From: Parasitella parasitica NRRL 2501
Lineage: Eukaryota; Fungi; Mucoromycota
DNA length: 64,000 nt
Direction of reading: 5' to 3'
Assembly (NCBI GenBank): GCA_025201805.1
Contig: MU619271.1
Span: 1 to 64,000, forward strand
Shown here: piece by piece, positions 51,989 through 64,000 of the stretch
Layout: each line of letters opens with the position of its first letter
Numbering within the stretch: position 1 is the stretch's first letter
Made by a program: the position numbers and the translations under genes
Notes under the pieces: generated by a model
Seen by the model: the letters and a program-made list of their open reading frames with translations, nothing else
What the model was told of the DNA's origin: nothing
Database searches by the model: none

Positions 51989-53589
51989 GCTTGTACAATA
52001 TATATGAAATATTTATGTAAATATAGAGAGAAAGAGGAGAAAAAGCAAATAATCATTCTAATGGTTTTATAGTAAAGCTCACTAAAGTTCATACTTTACG
52101 TGCATTGGTTTACATATCGGGAAAATGTCACCTTACCGTACAGCTTCTATTTATTCGTTCCGTACCTTATATAGTCCTGCTGTGTAGCCATCTGGTCATT
52201 ACCTTTACAAATGCTTAAGTACGTCATTATCTAATCAACCTTTGATATACAAACATTTAGCTTACAAAAAATATTAGGTGAGAAAGGGGTAGCACTATTC
52301 GCAACATAAACAAAGACTGCCATAACCATAAAGCATTGGAAAGGAGCATGGTATGAAATCTGTGGAAAGAGAAAAGGATGATGTGTCAGCAGTTTATAAG
52401 AATGCGTATAGTAAAAATATTCTCATGCTGTGTTCACTTTTTTATTTCAGGATAAAATATTGTTGTTGGTTTGATTAAGTGTTTGCTGATCGTAATGAAT
52501 AATTAAGCTATACAGCGTATGTAATTAACAGCTCATAAGCTGGCTCTTTAGAGAAAAATCAATTTATTCATCTATACGTGTGGTAGTTGCCATGAATAAA
52601 CCTATTGCTTTATTAGTCACTATCTTATAATTCTGATGGTGCTTAATGATTAAATAGCATTGATGGATTCCACATGTACACCTTAAATGCATTTTTATTT
52701 GTATACATATACACATGAATGCACAAGTATTAATTTTTTGCTTTTATGTATGTAGGAGGGAATTTAGCTTGGATGTGTAGTTTCAAAACAAACCCGAGTG
52801 TACCTAATAGCAGTACCAAATCTTAGGCTTGGCTACTTGATAAAATAGCCATATTTTTTAAAGGAGGTTAATTCTATTCCATCGCCTATAATGTACTGTC
52901 AATCTGATTTGGTTTTACTCCTGCGTACACCGTATACTCTAATGAACTTAATTTATCTGATAGCAACACGTTCAAAACAAGATAAACCGGTGCAATTATT
53001 CTAACAACATGGAGGATCAATACATTATACATTTAGCTGCAAAGTGCATAATTTATTTCGTTTTTGTGTGCTCCATGTGCAAATTGACCAAGACCTTAGT
53101 AAAACTTTATCTTTCTAATTCTGACTGGCATCACATATGACATTTTATATGTGGAGTTACGAAAGTATGCAAATACTCATTTTCGATTCTGATTAATATC
53201 TCAAAAGATTTTGATAATAGTATATCCCAGCAGTGTGCCAATGCAAATATCATCATATTTTTTTTTACCTTTATACCGCGACTAAATTAACAATGGTCTC
53301 TGTCATGAAATGCATGCAACAAAAAAATAAATCTACACACATGTGCCAAGGTGATTGAAGGTTAATAATGATTCGCCAACTTCTACTTGGAAAGTAAAAC
53401 GTCAATAAATGATTCCTTGTCATTATTTACAGTTGATTTATCTATCCAGTAATTGCTTAATCTCAAGCCTTCCTGACACAAGACATATTGTTGTGAATAT
53501 GAATGAACTTCAAATTATTCAGGAACATTCTACAAAGATGGCAATCATATCAATTGGAATCATGACCCCCAGAGGGACAGATCCAACTG

Positions 53590-53960
53590 TCACCTTTGTT
53601 GCTTATACGGTATCGTAATACTGCAAGTAAGCTAATCTGAAACTTTCGCCTTTTACGAACGCTATGTTACCTTTGGTACCCAGTTCGACTTTCTTTAATG
53701 CGGCCGCAATAGAAAAATAAGAGTGCTCTAACTTCTTGAACGAAAAGATCTCTCATACATGTCAAGGCCGTTGAAACTATTAAGCTGGGCCAGAGAAACC
53801 AACAGCAACAATACAACAAACGTACAAGCTAGAAGCTCACTGTCTACAAGGAAAACGTCTTGATTCTGAAGAAGAACCCAGGAAAGATAGATATGTTCCC
53901 AAAAGAACGGTGGCTAGGCCCTTGGACAATCCAAAGGTTTCTTTGCCACCAACTTTTGTG
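53590..53960 (+). mobile_element. Ty3/gypsy integrase C-terminal remnant
   Basis: From 53761: VKAVETIKLGQRNQQQQYNKRTS*KLTVYKENVLILKKNPGK...RWLGPWTI, matching the GPY/F module; upstream ANLKLSPF resembles the integrase core end. Confidence 0.55.
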
Positions 53961-55235
53961 ATCTGCAACCTTACGACAGCTACTGTTGTGCCTCTAATAT
54001 TAAACCCACCGCATACCTAGTACAATAAGGGCAATCGATAGCGTTTGCTACGTTATTAAATTACTATACGAATCCAAAAAATACGAAACACACAAAAGAT
54101 TAAGTAACCATGTCCAAAAAAAATAGCAACAACAACTTTAACATTCGTTAATTCTATTTTTATTTTATCTTGTCGCAAACCTTGCTTCCACGTAGTCAAT
54201 TGTAAACAATTCATATTTATAATTTAGCTGACATTCATAATCATTTTATCCTCGAAAAATCAAGAATAAAAAGATTGTTTTTAGACGATATTTTTATTAT
54301 CTTCATCATCAAGAAAATAAATAACAGCTTTAATTATTTTTTGTATTTTTTTTTTACTAATAATTTCATACCCGTGTTGAAATATATACAGTAATATCAA
54401 TAACTTGGCAACGTCTCACATCAGAGTGTCAGGTCAATCCCAGGGCCTCAGGGTACATCATATAAAATCATGAGTTATATTATAAACTTAACCAGTATAA
54501 AACTCTAGTGTAATGAATGTGTATAAATACATAGAGATATTACGAATAAAGGTCTAATTCTTTGGCAGATTTAATTTATCAGACTAGCGACTTTTGAAAA
54601 CGTAGAATATATTCCATCATGATCTGATAGTTTACTCATCAGATGTGAGCTCCTAATGATATAAAATTTGATTTTAACACGTATAACTAAAAAAAATAAG
54701 ACTCGAATGTCACGTATTGACTCTCTGATCAATGCTCTATTCATGAGAACTGATGTACGACGATTCAAATTTTATAAATACTAAGATGTCTTTCTCTAGA
54801 TAAAACATCAGTGCTCTTTTATAATAAAGACCCCCAAAATTGATTATGATTGTAATTTTACAACGCTTTTGTTTCTATATTTTTTTTATGTTCGTAAATC
54901 TTTCAAATTTACTGCATTTGGGATAAAAATATGGTGCAGGTGAAATTAGATAATGATCTTTGGAATATTCATATACGCCCGGTATTGGATCCTATGTGTC
55001 TTGGCATTTCTTATTTGTGTATAGTTTGTGGTGGTTAGCGCTATTGCTACTTTTGACAGTGAGATTCTACAATTGTTTTTAAATACAACTTTATGTCTTG
55101 GTAATACGACTCATAAGTCAAGCAACACGTATTTAGTTTGGAATTTGCAACTGGAGTAAGCCGGTAATAGTAACCGCGGATAGTGATACGTAAAATTAGG
55201 TATTTTGGATTTATTTCATTTAAAACGAAAATATT

Positions 55236-56040
55236 CTATAACTCTCGCTTGATGTACTTCATAGTCTCTATATCAACGACAATTTTGTCGCCTTCGTTCA
55301 CAAATTCAGGCACTTGTAATTTAGCACCATTGGCTAAATTGGCAGTTTTGTAAACGGTTCCCTTTGCAGCTTGACCCGCCCGATCTACTACAGATAGAAC
55401 TGTATAGGTATAAGTCGAAGGTAACTTAAATATACAGGGCTGCCTTCCATGCTCTGGTGTAGTCAAGAAGCTGACAGAAATAGGCATGGAATCTAAACAA
55501 TATAGGTGAATAACTTGGCCTATTCCAACGATGAACAAGCCCACGCATACCTTCCAACATGCCAATTGATCGATCTCCTCCTTCACACTTGGAGCTTGCC
55601 ATTTCAATCTCTTCAAATGTTTCTAAATTCAACAGATGAACTTTATCGCTTTCAGAATATAAATATTGGTATTGTTCATCCGCCAAATTCAATACTATTC
55701 ACATACAAAAGAAGATTTTAGCCAACACGTAGACATTTAAATGATACTAATTCCACTTACTCTCTAGTGAATCTCCAGACTTGAAGCGCTCGTTAATTTT
55801 TGCTGATGATAAGATATCTTGCAGCTCCATCTTGACAACAGCTCCACCTCTCCCTGTAGAGACATGGTCTCTCGTTAAAACTTTCCAAGGTTTATCTTTG
55901 AATTGGACAATTTGCCCTTTTTTGATAGAGCCAACACTGAGCTTATAGAATCTCTTGGCTAATACAACCGTTCCACGGGGCAAAATATGTGGCCAACGCA
56001 CAGAGGCTTGCCTAGCTAATGCGAGCAAGGTAAATGACAT
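55236..56040 (-). CDS. efp: bacterial-type elongation factor P with predicted mitochondrial presequence
   Basis: IKKGQIVQFKDKPWKV...HVSTGRGGAVVKMEL...NERFKSGDSLE / QYQYLY...LNLETFEEI / KTANLANGAKLQVPEFVNEGDKIVVD. Three EF-P domains; two introns; Arg-rich, acid-free N-terminus. Confidence 0.9.
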
Positions 56041-56205
56041 TGTATGAGTCAGCTAATGTCCAAATAAAAACACTACATTGCATTAATTCCAAGGGGCACC
56101 AATAACATCTTCTAAGCCACTGGTGTTAACACTTCATCTCCTACTAAATCTCGAACGAACAAAAAAGTGCTGCTCTTTTCATTCTAACTCTCTCTGTTTG
56201 GAAAA

Positions 56206-57693
56206 ATGGCTGATTTAAGTAAAGACATTACAAATTTAAGGTTGGAAGGAGAAGCTATCAAAGTCGCTCCCGCTGAAGCTGCCAACAATGCCTCACAAAA
56301 TGTCACTCCTTGGGATGTAGAAGGTGCTATCGTCGACGGTGTTCAACAAGCTATCGATTACAGCAAGCTCATAGAGCAATTCGGCACTAGACATATTGAT
56401 GATGAGCTATTGAAACGCTTCGAAACGCTGACTGGTCGTAAACCTCATATTTTCCTGCGAAGGGGTACCTTTTTCTCTCACAGGTACGTACGCCAAACTT
56501 GTAATCAGCTGCATTGAATTGAACGCGCCCGACATGGTAGAGAGTTTGACAAGATTCTTGATCGTTACGAGCAAAAGAAGCCCTTCTTTTTGTACACTGG
56601 CCGTGGTCCGTCTAGTGCATCTATGCATTTGGGACATATGATCCCTTTTATTTTCTGTCAGTAAGTTGTTTCGAGACGAGTGTATTGGCCATGGATTGAA
56701 CGCTTCAATATAGGTGGTTGCAAGATGTTTTTGATGTGCCCATTGTTATTCAATTGACTGACGATGAGAAATTCTTGTTCAAGCCCAATTTGACCGTTGA
56801 AATGTGTACTCAATTTGCTCTTGACAATGCTAGTGATATTATCGCTTGTGGTTTCAAGCCTGAAAAGACTTTTATCTTTTCCAACTTTGATTTTGTCGGG
56901 TAAGATTGGAAAGGATTGCATTGAAGCTTGGAAAGTAACTATTGTATTACAGGAAAGAATTCTATCACAATGTTGTCAGAATCTCTCGCTGCATTACTTT
57001 ATCGCAATCAAAGGCCACGTTTGGCTTTGTGGACAGGTAAGTCGAACCATCGAAGGGCTCGGGTTTAATCTCATGTCTGGAATGTATAGTGATAATGTCG
57101 GCAAAGCTCATTTCGTCTCTGTCCAAGCAGCACCCTCATTTTCCAACTCTTTCCCTCAAATCTTTGGCGACAAGAAGGATATTCCTTGTCTAATCCCTTG
57201 TGCTATTGATCAAGACCCTTACTTCCGTTTGACTCGTGATGTCGCAAAGAGATTGAAGTATCCCAAGCCATCTCTCATCCATGCCAAGTTTTTCCCTGCT
57301 CTTCAAGGTCCTCAGACCAAGATGAGTGCCTCCATTGACAGTTCCGCCATCTTTATGACGGACACTGCCAAACAAATCAAGAACAAGATCAACAAGCATG
57401 CCTTCTCTGGTGGTGGAGCTACTCTTGAAGAGCACCAAGCCAACGGTGGCAATCCCGATGTTGATGTTGCCTATCAATACCTCTCCTTCTTTTTGGAAGA
57501 TGATGAAGAATTACAAAAGATTTATGACTCGTATAAATCAGGCACACTATCGACTGGTGAATTGAAGAAAACGTGTATTGAATTGTTACAAAAGTTTGTC
57601 AGTGATTTCCAAGATAGAAAAAGCAAGATTACGCCCCAGATTGTTGCCCAATATATGGACGCTACTAGAAAGATTGATGCTGGAATGAAATAA
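56206..57693 (+). CDS. WRS1: cytosolic tryptophanyl-tRNA synthetase
   Basis: [61 protein letters not shown]. Confidence 0.97.
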
Positions 57694-57814
57694 ATCATCC
57701 AAGTTGTGTAACATGTGCATTTTATGATTCAAAGAGGGGGAGGGGGGGGGGGGGTTAATACGTGGGGCAGTGTGGTGTGTATTTTGTTTTCTTTCTTTCT
57801 TTTTCATAACGAAA

Positions 57815-60092
57815 ATGTCCATCAAAAGAACAAGCTCGAGGATACCTTCAGCTGCTTCCCATCGCAACGACAATGCCTCTATATTTTCAACAAATGAATC
57901 AACAACTGGTAGTAGACAGCGTCAGTCAAAGAGAGATGAGGTATATATTACGCGGAATCACATATTTCAGTTACTGACTGCTTCCTGTCATAGGCCATCA
58001 GAAAGAAGCTAGAGTCAGAGCTATCCAAGAAGAAGACGGGATCAAAGAGAATTCGTCAGACTCGGAGGATTGCAGGCACCGTATCAGCTCTTCGACCTGC
58101 TCAGGCGCTTACTGTAAAAGAAAACATGCTGGTTATTGAGGCATCGCAGCTGATGGCAGCAAAGAGGAGTGATTGTGTGCTTGTTGTGGACGAAGACGAC
58201 CATTTAAGTGGCATTTTTACTGCCAAAGACATTGCCTATAGATTGGTTGCCGAGGCTCTGGATGCAAGGTATGTTGTATGGTTATGAAACCAAACAAACA
58301 CATGGAAGCTAACATTTATTAACAGAAATACGGCAGTAGCCAATATCATGACTAAGGGCCCCATGTGTGTCACCTCTGACACATCTGCAACTGATGCTCT
58401 AAATCTTATGGTATCCCGTGGCTTCCGTCATTTGGTAAGCTTCGTTGATACGATGCATACACGCTTCCCATAAACAAGCGTTAACTAATGCTTCTCGACT
58501 ACAGCCTGTTTGCAACGAGGAAGGTGACATCTTTGGATTGCTAGATATTACCAAATGTTTGTATGAGGCACTAGATAAAATGGAGAGAGCATTTGGTTCG
58601 TCCCGCAAACTGTACGATGCCTTGGAGGGCGTTGAAAAGGAATGGTCCAACTCACCTATACAGCTTGTGCAATACATGGAAGCCTTGCGTGATAAAATGG
58701 AATGCCCAGACCTGAATACTGTGCTAGACGGCTTACCGCCTGCTGAAGTCAACGTAAAGACAAATGTTCGTGATGTTGCACGTCTGATGAAAGAGTATCA
58801 TACGACTGCAGTATTGGTTAAGGACAAGGATGGTCTGGCAGGCATCTTTACGACCAAGGACGTTGTGCTTCGTGTAATTGCTGCTGGTTTGAATCCAGAG
58901 ACCTGCTCCGTTGTGCGGGTTATGACTCCCCATCCTGACACTGCACCTCCTCAAATGTCAATCATGGATGCCTTGAGAAAGATGCATGGTGAGTATACGA
59001 CGCCGCTCCGTTTGCAATGTACTCATTGCATTTTATACAGATGGTCATTACCTCAATCTTCCTGTTATTGAGGACGGCGATGTTGTCGGCATGGTGGATG
59101 TTCTGAAATTGACATATGCCACCATGGAGCAAATCAATAGCATTCAGGGCAACGATGGCGAAGGGCCCATGTGGGGTAGATTTTGGGACAGTTTTGGTGC
59201 TGCAGATCAACATGAGACCGAATCGCAAATTTCTGATCCATTGTCGTCTCAACTGCTCTCAGCTCATTCGCACAGCAGCAACGCAAATGGTAATGGAAAT
59301 ATCGCTTGTGCTATTTCTCCTGAACCTTCTGCCTCATTTTCGCAACTTCAGGGTTTCTCAGAAATCACACCTAACGAGTCCGCAAGCATGGTGGCCAACA
59401 ATGAAGAAGGCCGTTCGACTATGTCGGACGATACCAGGGCGATGAGTAAAGGCGAGGATGTATTTTCGTTCAAATTCACAAGTGATGGCGGAAAGACACA
59501 TCGGTTCGCATCTGTCTATAACAGCTATGTTGCACTCTTGGAAGCTGTGCGTCAGAAGGTCATTGGCGAGCATCTGGCTCATCTTGGAGCTAGTTCAGAC
59601 GACGTTCCTGTGGATTCCTGGCTGAGCATTTCCTATTTGGATGATGAAGAAGACCAAGTGTTGATTACATCAGATTCAGATGTTTTTGACGCCGTCAAAC
59701 TGGCTCGCAAAATGGGCCAAGATCGTGTCAAATTGTTTGTTCATGATGCCAGTAGAAAAGAAGAAGAGGTTGTAGAGGAGCCTGTTGTGATAGAAGAAAA
59801 GGCTGCTGAGCCAGTTACGCCTCCAGCCGTAACTGTGCCTCCTCCATCTGCTTCTCAAGTAAGTGAATCAACTCGTCGTGAGAATAAGAGCAAGAGACGT
59901 AGCATCAAAAAGGAAGTTGAATCTTGTTCAGACTCTGACGAGGATGATGGTCGTAAAGGTCGCAACGAGCAAGAAGGTGCTACTGTTGCAGGAATTCCTC
60001 AGGAGCTGGTGCTGCCAGCAGCTATTGCGTTTTTGGGTGTTGTCATTGTTGGTGTGTTTGCTTTTTCAAGAGTCAGCTCACACCATCGTTAA
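57815..60092 (+). CDS. CBS-CBS-PB1 domain membrane-anchored protein (Mug70/CBSCBSPB-like)
   Basis: RQRQSKRDEAIRKKLE, two CBS pairs (GIFTAKD, GIFTTKDVVLRVIAAGL...VMTPHPD), PB1 domain (ISYLDDEEDQVLITSDSD), C-terminal TM helix. Confidence 0.9.
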
Positions 60093-60299
60093 TCCCATAC
60101 CGTATATACTATTAATACAATCATGCCCCCCCCCCCCTACTATCATATATCAAACTCAAAGATTTATTCGTGTATTTTATGAACAAAAATAAACGCAAAC
60201 CTTCTTTATTTCAAGACAATGTTCATATGTCAAATCAAAAAATATATGGGGTAAATTAGTGCATGGACAAGTCATGTCATACCATTGTGCACAAGCAGT

Positions 60300-61122
60300 T
60301 TATTTTTTTGATTCAATGGCATTACTATTGCCGGCTTTCTTCTTGGGTGGTGGGGGCGTCTTTTTCTTCTTCTTCTTCATTGCTAAAGGATTTATGCCAC
60401 TCACTTTTCTCTTTTTTTGGGGCTGCGGTCTATGGGATTCCGCTTTCTTTTCCCCCTCTTCATTGGCAAACAAGGCTCTTTTGATCCGCAAGGTATCTTT
60501 GTCTAATGGCTTTACTTTTTCCGCTTCGTGGACTTTCATCATTAGTTTTGATTTATCAGTCATTGGTTCAAGGCCAAGGCCCTGTTGCTTGACATTGACA
60601 TAGATGATTGGCACGCCAGGAATCTTTCGCATGCGATCTTTCAGTTTAGGGTTTTGGGTGGCAATACAAAAATGCTGCTTATTTTCGGCACCCACTAAAT
60701 CTCGGATACACTGGTAGCTGGAAACGGGGTTGTCTTTGTGTGGACAGCGTCGAGAGTCTGATTTTTTGGCTAAAATATAGGCACTAGTGAAATCATGGCC
60801 CTTTGATTTGATATCTTGCAAAATGCATTCGGTTACAACTATACTGAGCAAATTAGCAAGGCAGGTACATGTCAATAACTCAAGCCTCTGGTACCTAAAC
60901 GAGTAACGTCCCCCATTAGGTTGGGAAGTTCATCTTTGATGTAAACTTGCTTTTCTAAAGCCGCTTTGCAAAAATCACCGTCCACTAAATTCAAATGTCA
61001 GTATCCTTGGATACGTCAATTGCTCTACAGAACGTACTTAAAATTTGATATGGGGGCCTAAATCCAAACCCTACCGTATAAGCATGTACTGTTTTCTTGT
61101 TTGATCTGGAAGCTTTAGTCAT
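60300..61122 (-). CDS. UTP23: rRNA-processing PIN-domain protein Utp23
   Basis: FGFRPPYQILMDGDF, VTECILQDI, RRCPH, HFCIATQ...RKIPGVPIIY and basic C-terminus with NPLAMKKKKK. Confidence 0.9.
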
Positions 61123-61310
61123 ATTGACGTTCAATTGCGAGAAAGAAGTAAAAGAAAGACATCATGGAAATTTTTTTCAGGTGAGGGTTATGTGACTTTT
61201 AGGGAAGAGGTTTGCATGCTGCTGGGGATCAAAAGGTGAATGGAGGAGCATCTTCTGTCAAGGGGCCTGTAAGTAAAAAAAAACACATCTCTTCCTATTA
61301 CCTTATCAAT

Positions 61311-62354
61311 ATGTCTAATCTATTGAAATTTGCTCGTATTTTACCTGCAAATGCGGTTATGGGTCTGACTCGCCGTCAGATGGCACCCTCCATGCTTCAA
61401 ATATCTTCCAAACGATTTGCCAGCAACTACCATCAACATCAGCATCATCAGCAACAGCAGCAGCAGCAAGATGACATTCTTCAATATAGGGAAAAGCCAG
61501 AATCATTATCCTATTTTACCGGCAACTTTAAATACAATGATCTTTTGATCGAGCTCGATGCACTCTACAAGACATTCGAAAATTGGAAGCCCACTGATCA
61601 CATCCAAGTTGATGGCTCTGGACATGTCACTCATGACAAGGTGTATTCGTGGAAATTGCGTGACAAAATGTCAGAGTTACTCAGCATTCCTCTAACCACA
61701 TCACAATGGAGAAAGATTACAGCTCATCTCAACACCCTTGCTTCTCTTCCCAAGCCATTACCTGCTTCTGTAGAGAGCATTTTAGAGTCCTATCAAAGAT
61801 TTGATGCTTCAATTCAAAGCAGCGGGGAAACCAAGTCTCGCACCTTGGATGAAATGGGCCGTGCTTATGCGGTTGGTCGTAGAAAGGAGTCTAGCGCCAG
61901 ATGCTATCTTGTTGAAGGCGAGGGTAAGGTGCTTGTCAACGGCTTGGATTTGGAACAGTACTTTCAGAGATCTGTCGATAGAAGCGAAGTTACTTTGCCC
62001 TTGGATGTGACAGAATTAAAAGATAAATTCAATGCTTGGATTCTTGTGAAGGGTGGTGGAAGCACTGGTAAGTGGATTATGTCTGATCAAGTGCAGGCAA
62101 CTGATTTGTCTTGCTGTTAGGCCAAGCACAGGCTATCAAATTGGGCCTTGGTAAAGCCTTATTAATTCATAACAATGAATTAAAGCCTGCTTTGCGTAAA
62201 GGTGAGTAGTACTGCAATATGCAAAGTTCACATGGATCAGAATTGATGTATTTTTTTTATAGCTGGTTGTATAACTCGAGATCCCAGAGTTGTTGAACGT
62301 AAGAAAGAAGGTCAAAGAAAGGCTCGTGCAAAGTATACCTGGGTCAAACGTTAG
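61311..62354 (+). CDS. MRPS9: mitochondrial ribosomal protein S9 (uS9m)
   Basis: Presequence, SYFTGN, GRRKESSAR, VKGGGSTGQAQA, RDPRVVERKKEGQRKARAKYTWVKR*. Confidence 0.95.
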
Positions 62355-62778
62355 AGAAATCTCGGTCTTTTCTTCTATTTTGCTGTATATTTGTTTTATA
62401 TTATATGAAGAGAAAAATAATAATAATAATAAAAAGAAGCACTATCATTATTTAGAATTTGTGCGGCACTGAGATATTTACATGATTTTTTATGATGCGT
62501 TCATCTAATGCTCTAAGAGCTTATATACAGCTTTATTATATCCGGTCATCATTTGCCAGGCGCTTGAATGCGCTCAAGTTGACCATTTAATTGCATCAAC
62601 ATTGCATGGTTTTATGTATACTATGCTTTCTTCAATTTATCACATCACGCGAACACTAGTCCCCCAACCGTACTACATTTGACAGTAATAATAGTTTTAT
62701 TTAGTTATGCTACGTATATAATTGATTTTGATCGCTTGTGGTGCATGGTAACTCGTCGTGCAAAATTCTTTCAACAGC

Positions 62779-62976
62779 TTAGCTGCATGTCTTTTGTTGT
62801 ACCCGTATGCTTCCAGACCCAGGATGAAATGATGTAGTATGTAAATTACACTTTTGAGAGCAACATTCTGCTGAATTGCCACATATTTCATTGGAACCCT
62901 TACACTGAGCCGACACGAAGATGGATAATGACAACACAATGAGAGAAGTAGTGTAAAATTTAAGATTGAAGAGCAT
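62779..62976 (-). CDS. small secreted Cys-rich peptide 3 (knottin/conotoxin-like, 65 aa precursor)
   Basis: MLFNLKFYTTSLIVLSLSIFVSA signal homologous to peptides 1 and 2; mature QCKGSNEICGNSAECCSQKC-x20-CS; ttcaaaATG context; TATAAATA upstream. Confidence 0.82.
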   Translation of the reverse strand: MLFNLKFYTTSLIVLSLSIFVSAQCKGSNEICGNSAECCSQKCNLHTTSFHPGSGSIRVQQKTCS

Positions 62977-63058
62977 TTTGAAGAAAATGTTATAAGAAAT
63001 TAAAAAAAAAGGGAAAGAGTCAGTTTGATATTTATATACCAACAGATAATGAATGCAC

Positions 63059-63074
63059 TTCTTTGCTTTCAGTT
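63059..63074 (-). promoter_or_regulatory. variant of the shared peptide-gene upstream motif (plus strand TTCTTTGCTTTCAGTT)
   Basis: 13/16 identity to the motif at 12691 and 13947, same orientation and similar position relative to TATA and ATG. Confidence 0.45.
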
Positions 63075-64000
63075 ATCAGAAAACATTGGATAAATAAAGA
63101 ATATAGCAAAAGTTAGCGTGGTTGCAACCATCAGCTTAATATATTATGCAGCTATTATTAACAATTCCACATAGTACACTCGCATTTGGAGCAACCAGGA
63201 TTAGAAAGGGCTTCGCATCCGCACCACAATTTTATCATTACTGTGGTGTTCAAAGTAGAACTACCGATAGTTTCTACTTTAAAGAATGATTTTAACTGCG
63301 AATGACTCAAGAGACTAGATGCTTTATCACAAGTTGCTTTGAGAACAAAGAACCCCCTCTTTAAGAAGCAAACTACACTGACTGTAAATTTATTGCTCAC
63401 AATGAATATTTTGATGGCGATAAAAATAAAGGTAGCTAGTCTGATTTTTAGGATATCAAATGTCAATTGCACAATTCAAGGCGTTGTCCTAATATGTTTG
63501 AATTGATCAGCTCTCATGGGTTTATAGATGTGCGCTTATAAAATATCATATGGCCTTTGAGAAAATACATAAGAAAGATGCTGTGAGCATTGCAATTTGA
63601 TACGTCGAAATCATAATATTGTTTTTATGTATTGTATATTTGCCAGTATCGCCTTATATACAATTAGAAAGATCTTTTCATGCACATACTAAGTATTGCA
63701 ACTACTGTGCTTACAGAGCTGCTTTCAGGACTATTTTCAACAAATTCATGTCCAATTTGACTAAAAATCACAGCTACACCGCTTCAGTATCATGGCTTGG
63801 CATAAACAAGTCTATCGAGACGCACTACTGTCATTTTTTGTATAATCCATCGGATTCACTCCAGAATGCCTCATTGAAAACATTCTCAGTCTATGATTAC
63901 TAAATGCTATGATATTTGGCATAAACCATAATGTGGGTCGCTTATTCAGTGAAATTTGCTCTATTATATATTAATTAGTTTTACGATTTGGAATGCTTCT

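Noticed and set aside
63158-63472. Cys-rich ORF next to peptide 3 as a fourth family member
   Set aside because: Non-ATG start, lacks the NLK...SL signal signature and the CC doublet framework.
1-64000. tRNA, rRNA, CRISPR arrays or prokaryotic operons
   Set aside because: None recognised by eye. The DNA is eukaryotic with spliceosomal introns, including in EF-P, which argues against bacterial contamination.

Overview
Eukaryotic, intron-rich fungal DNA. The gene set, short AT-rich introns and transposon types point to an early-diverging fungus, most likely Mucorales (inference; no search run). About 23 protein-coding genes: IQGAP, monothiol glutaredoxin, COX16, an O-fucosyltransferase-like enzyme, CDC7, a BAR-PH-ArfGAP, a double-bromodomain protein, RPL31, PMT4, TLG2, ATG26, TKL1, a P4-ATPase flippase, a Ser-rich hypothetical, organellar EF-P, WRS1, a CBS-PB1 protein, UTP23, MRPS9 and three small secreted peptides. 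There are also decayed Helitron, L1-like and Ty3/gypsy elements and three N-gaps. The main discovery candidate is a family of three intronless secreted peptides with a C-C-CC-C-C knottin/conotoxin-like framework, a conserved signal peptide, divergent mature regions and a shared 16-nt upstream motif; two sit beside the O-fucosyltransferase-like gene. Other highlights: a mitochondrion-targeted bacterial-type EF-P with Arg at the loop tip, a BRD4-like C-terminal motif in a fungal bromodomain protein, two convergent genes whose stop codons abut with no gap, a long structured RPL31 intron, a 6-nt microexon and two GC-AG introns. All coordinates and splice models were derived by eye.
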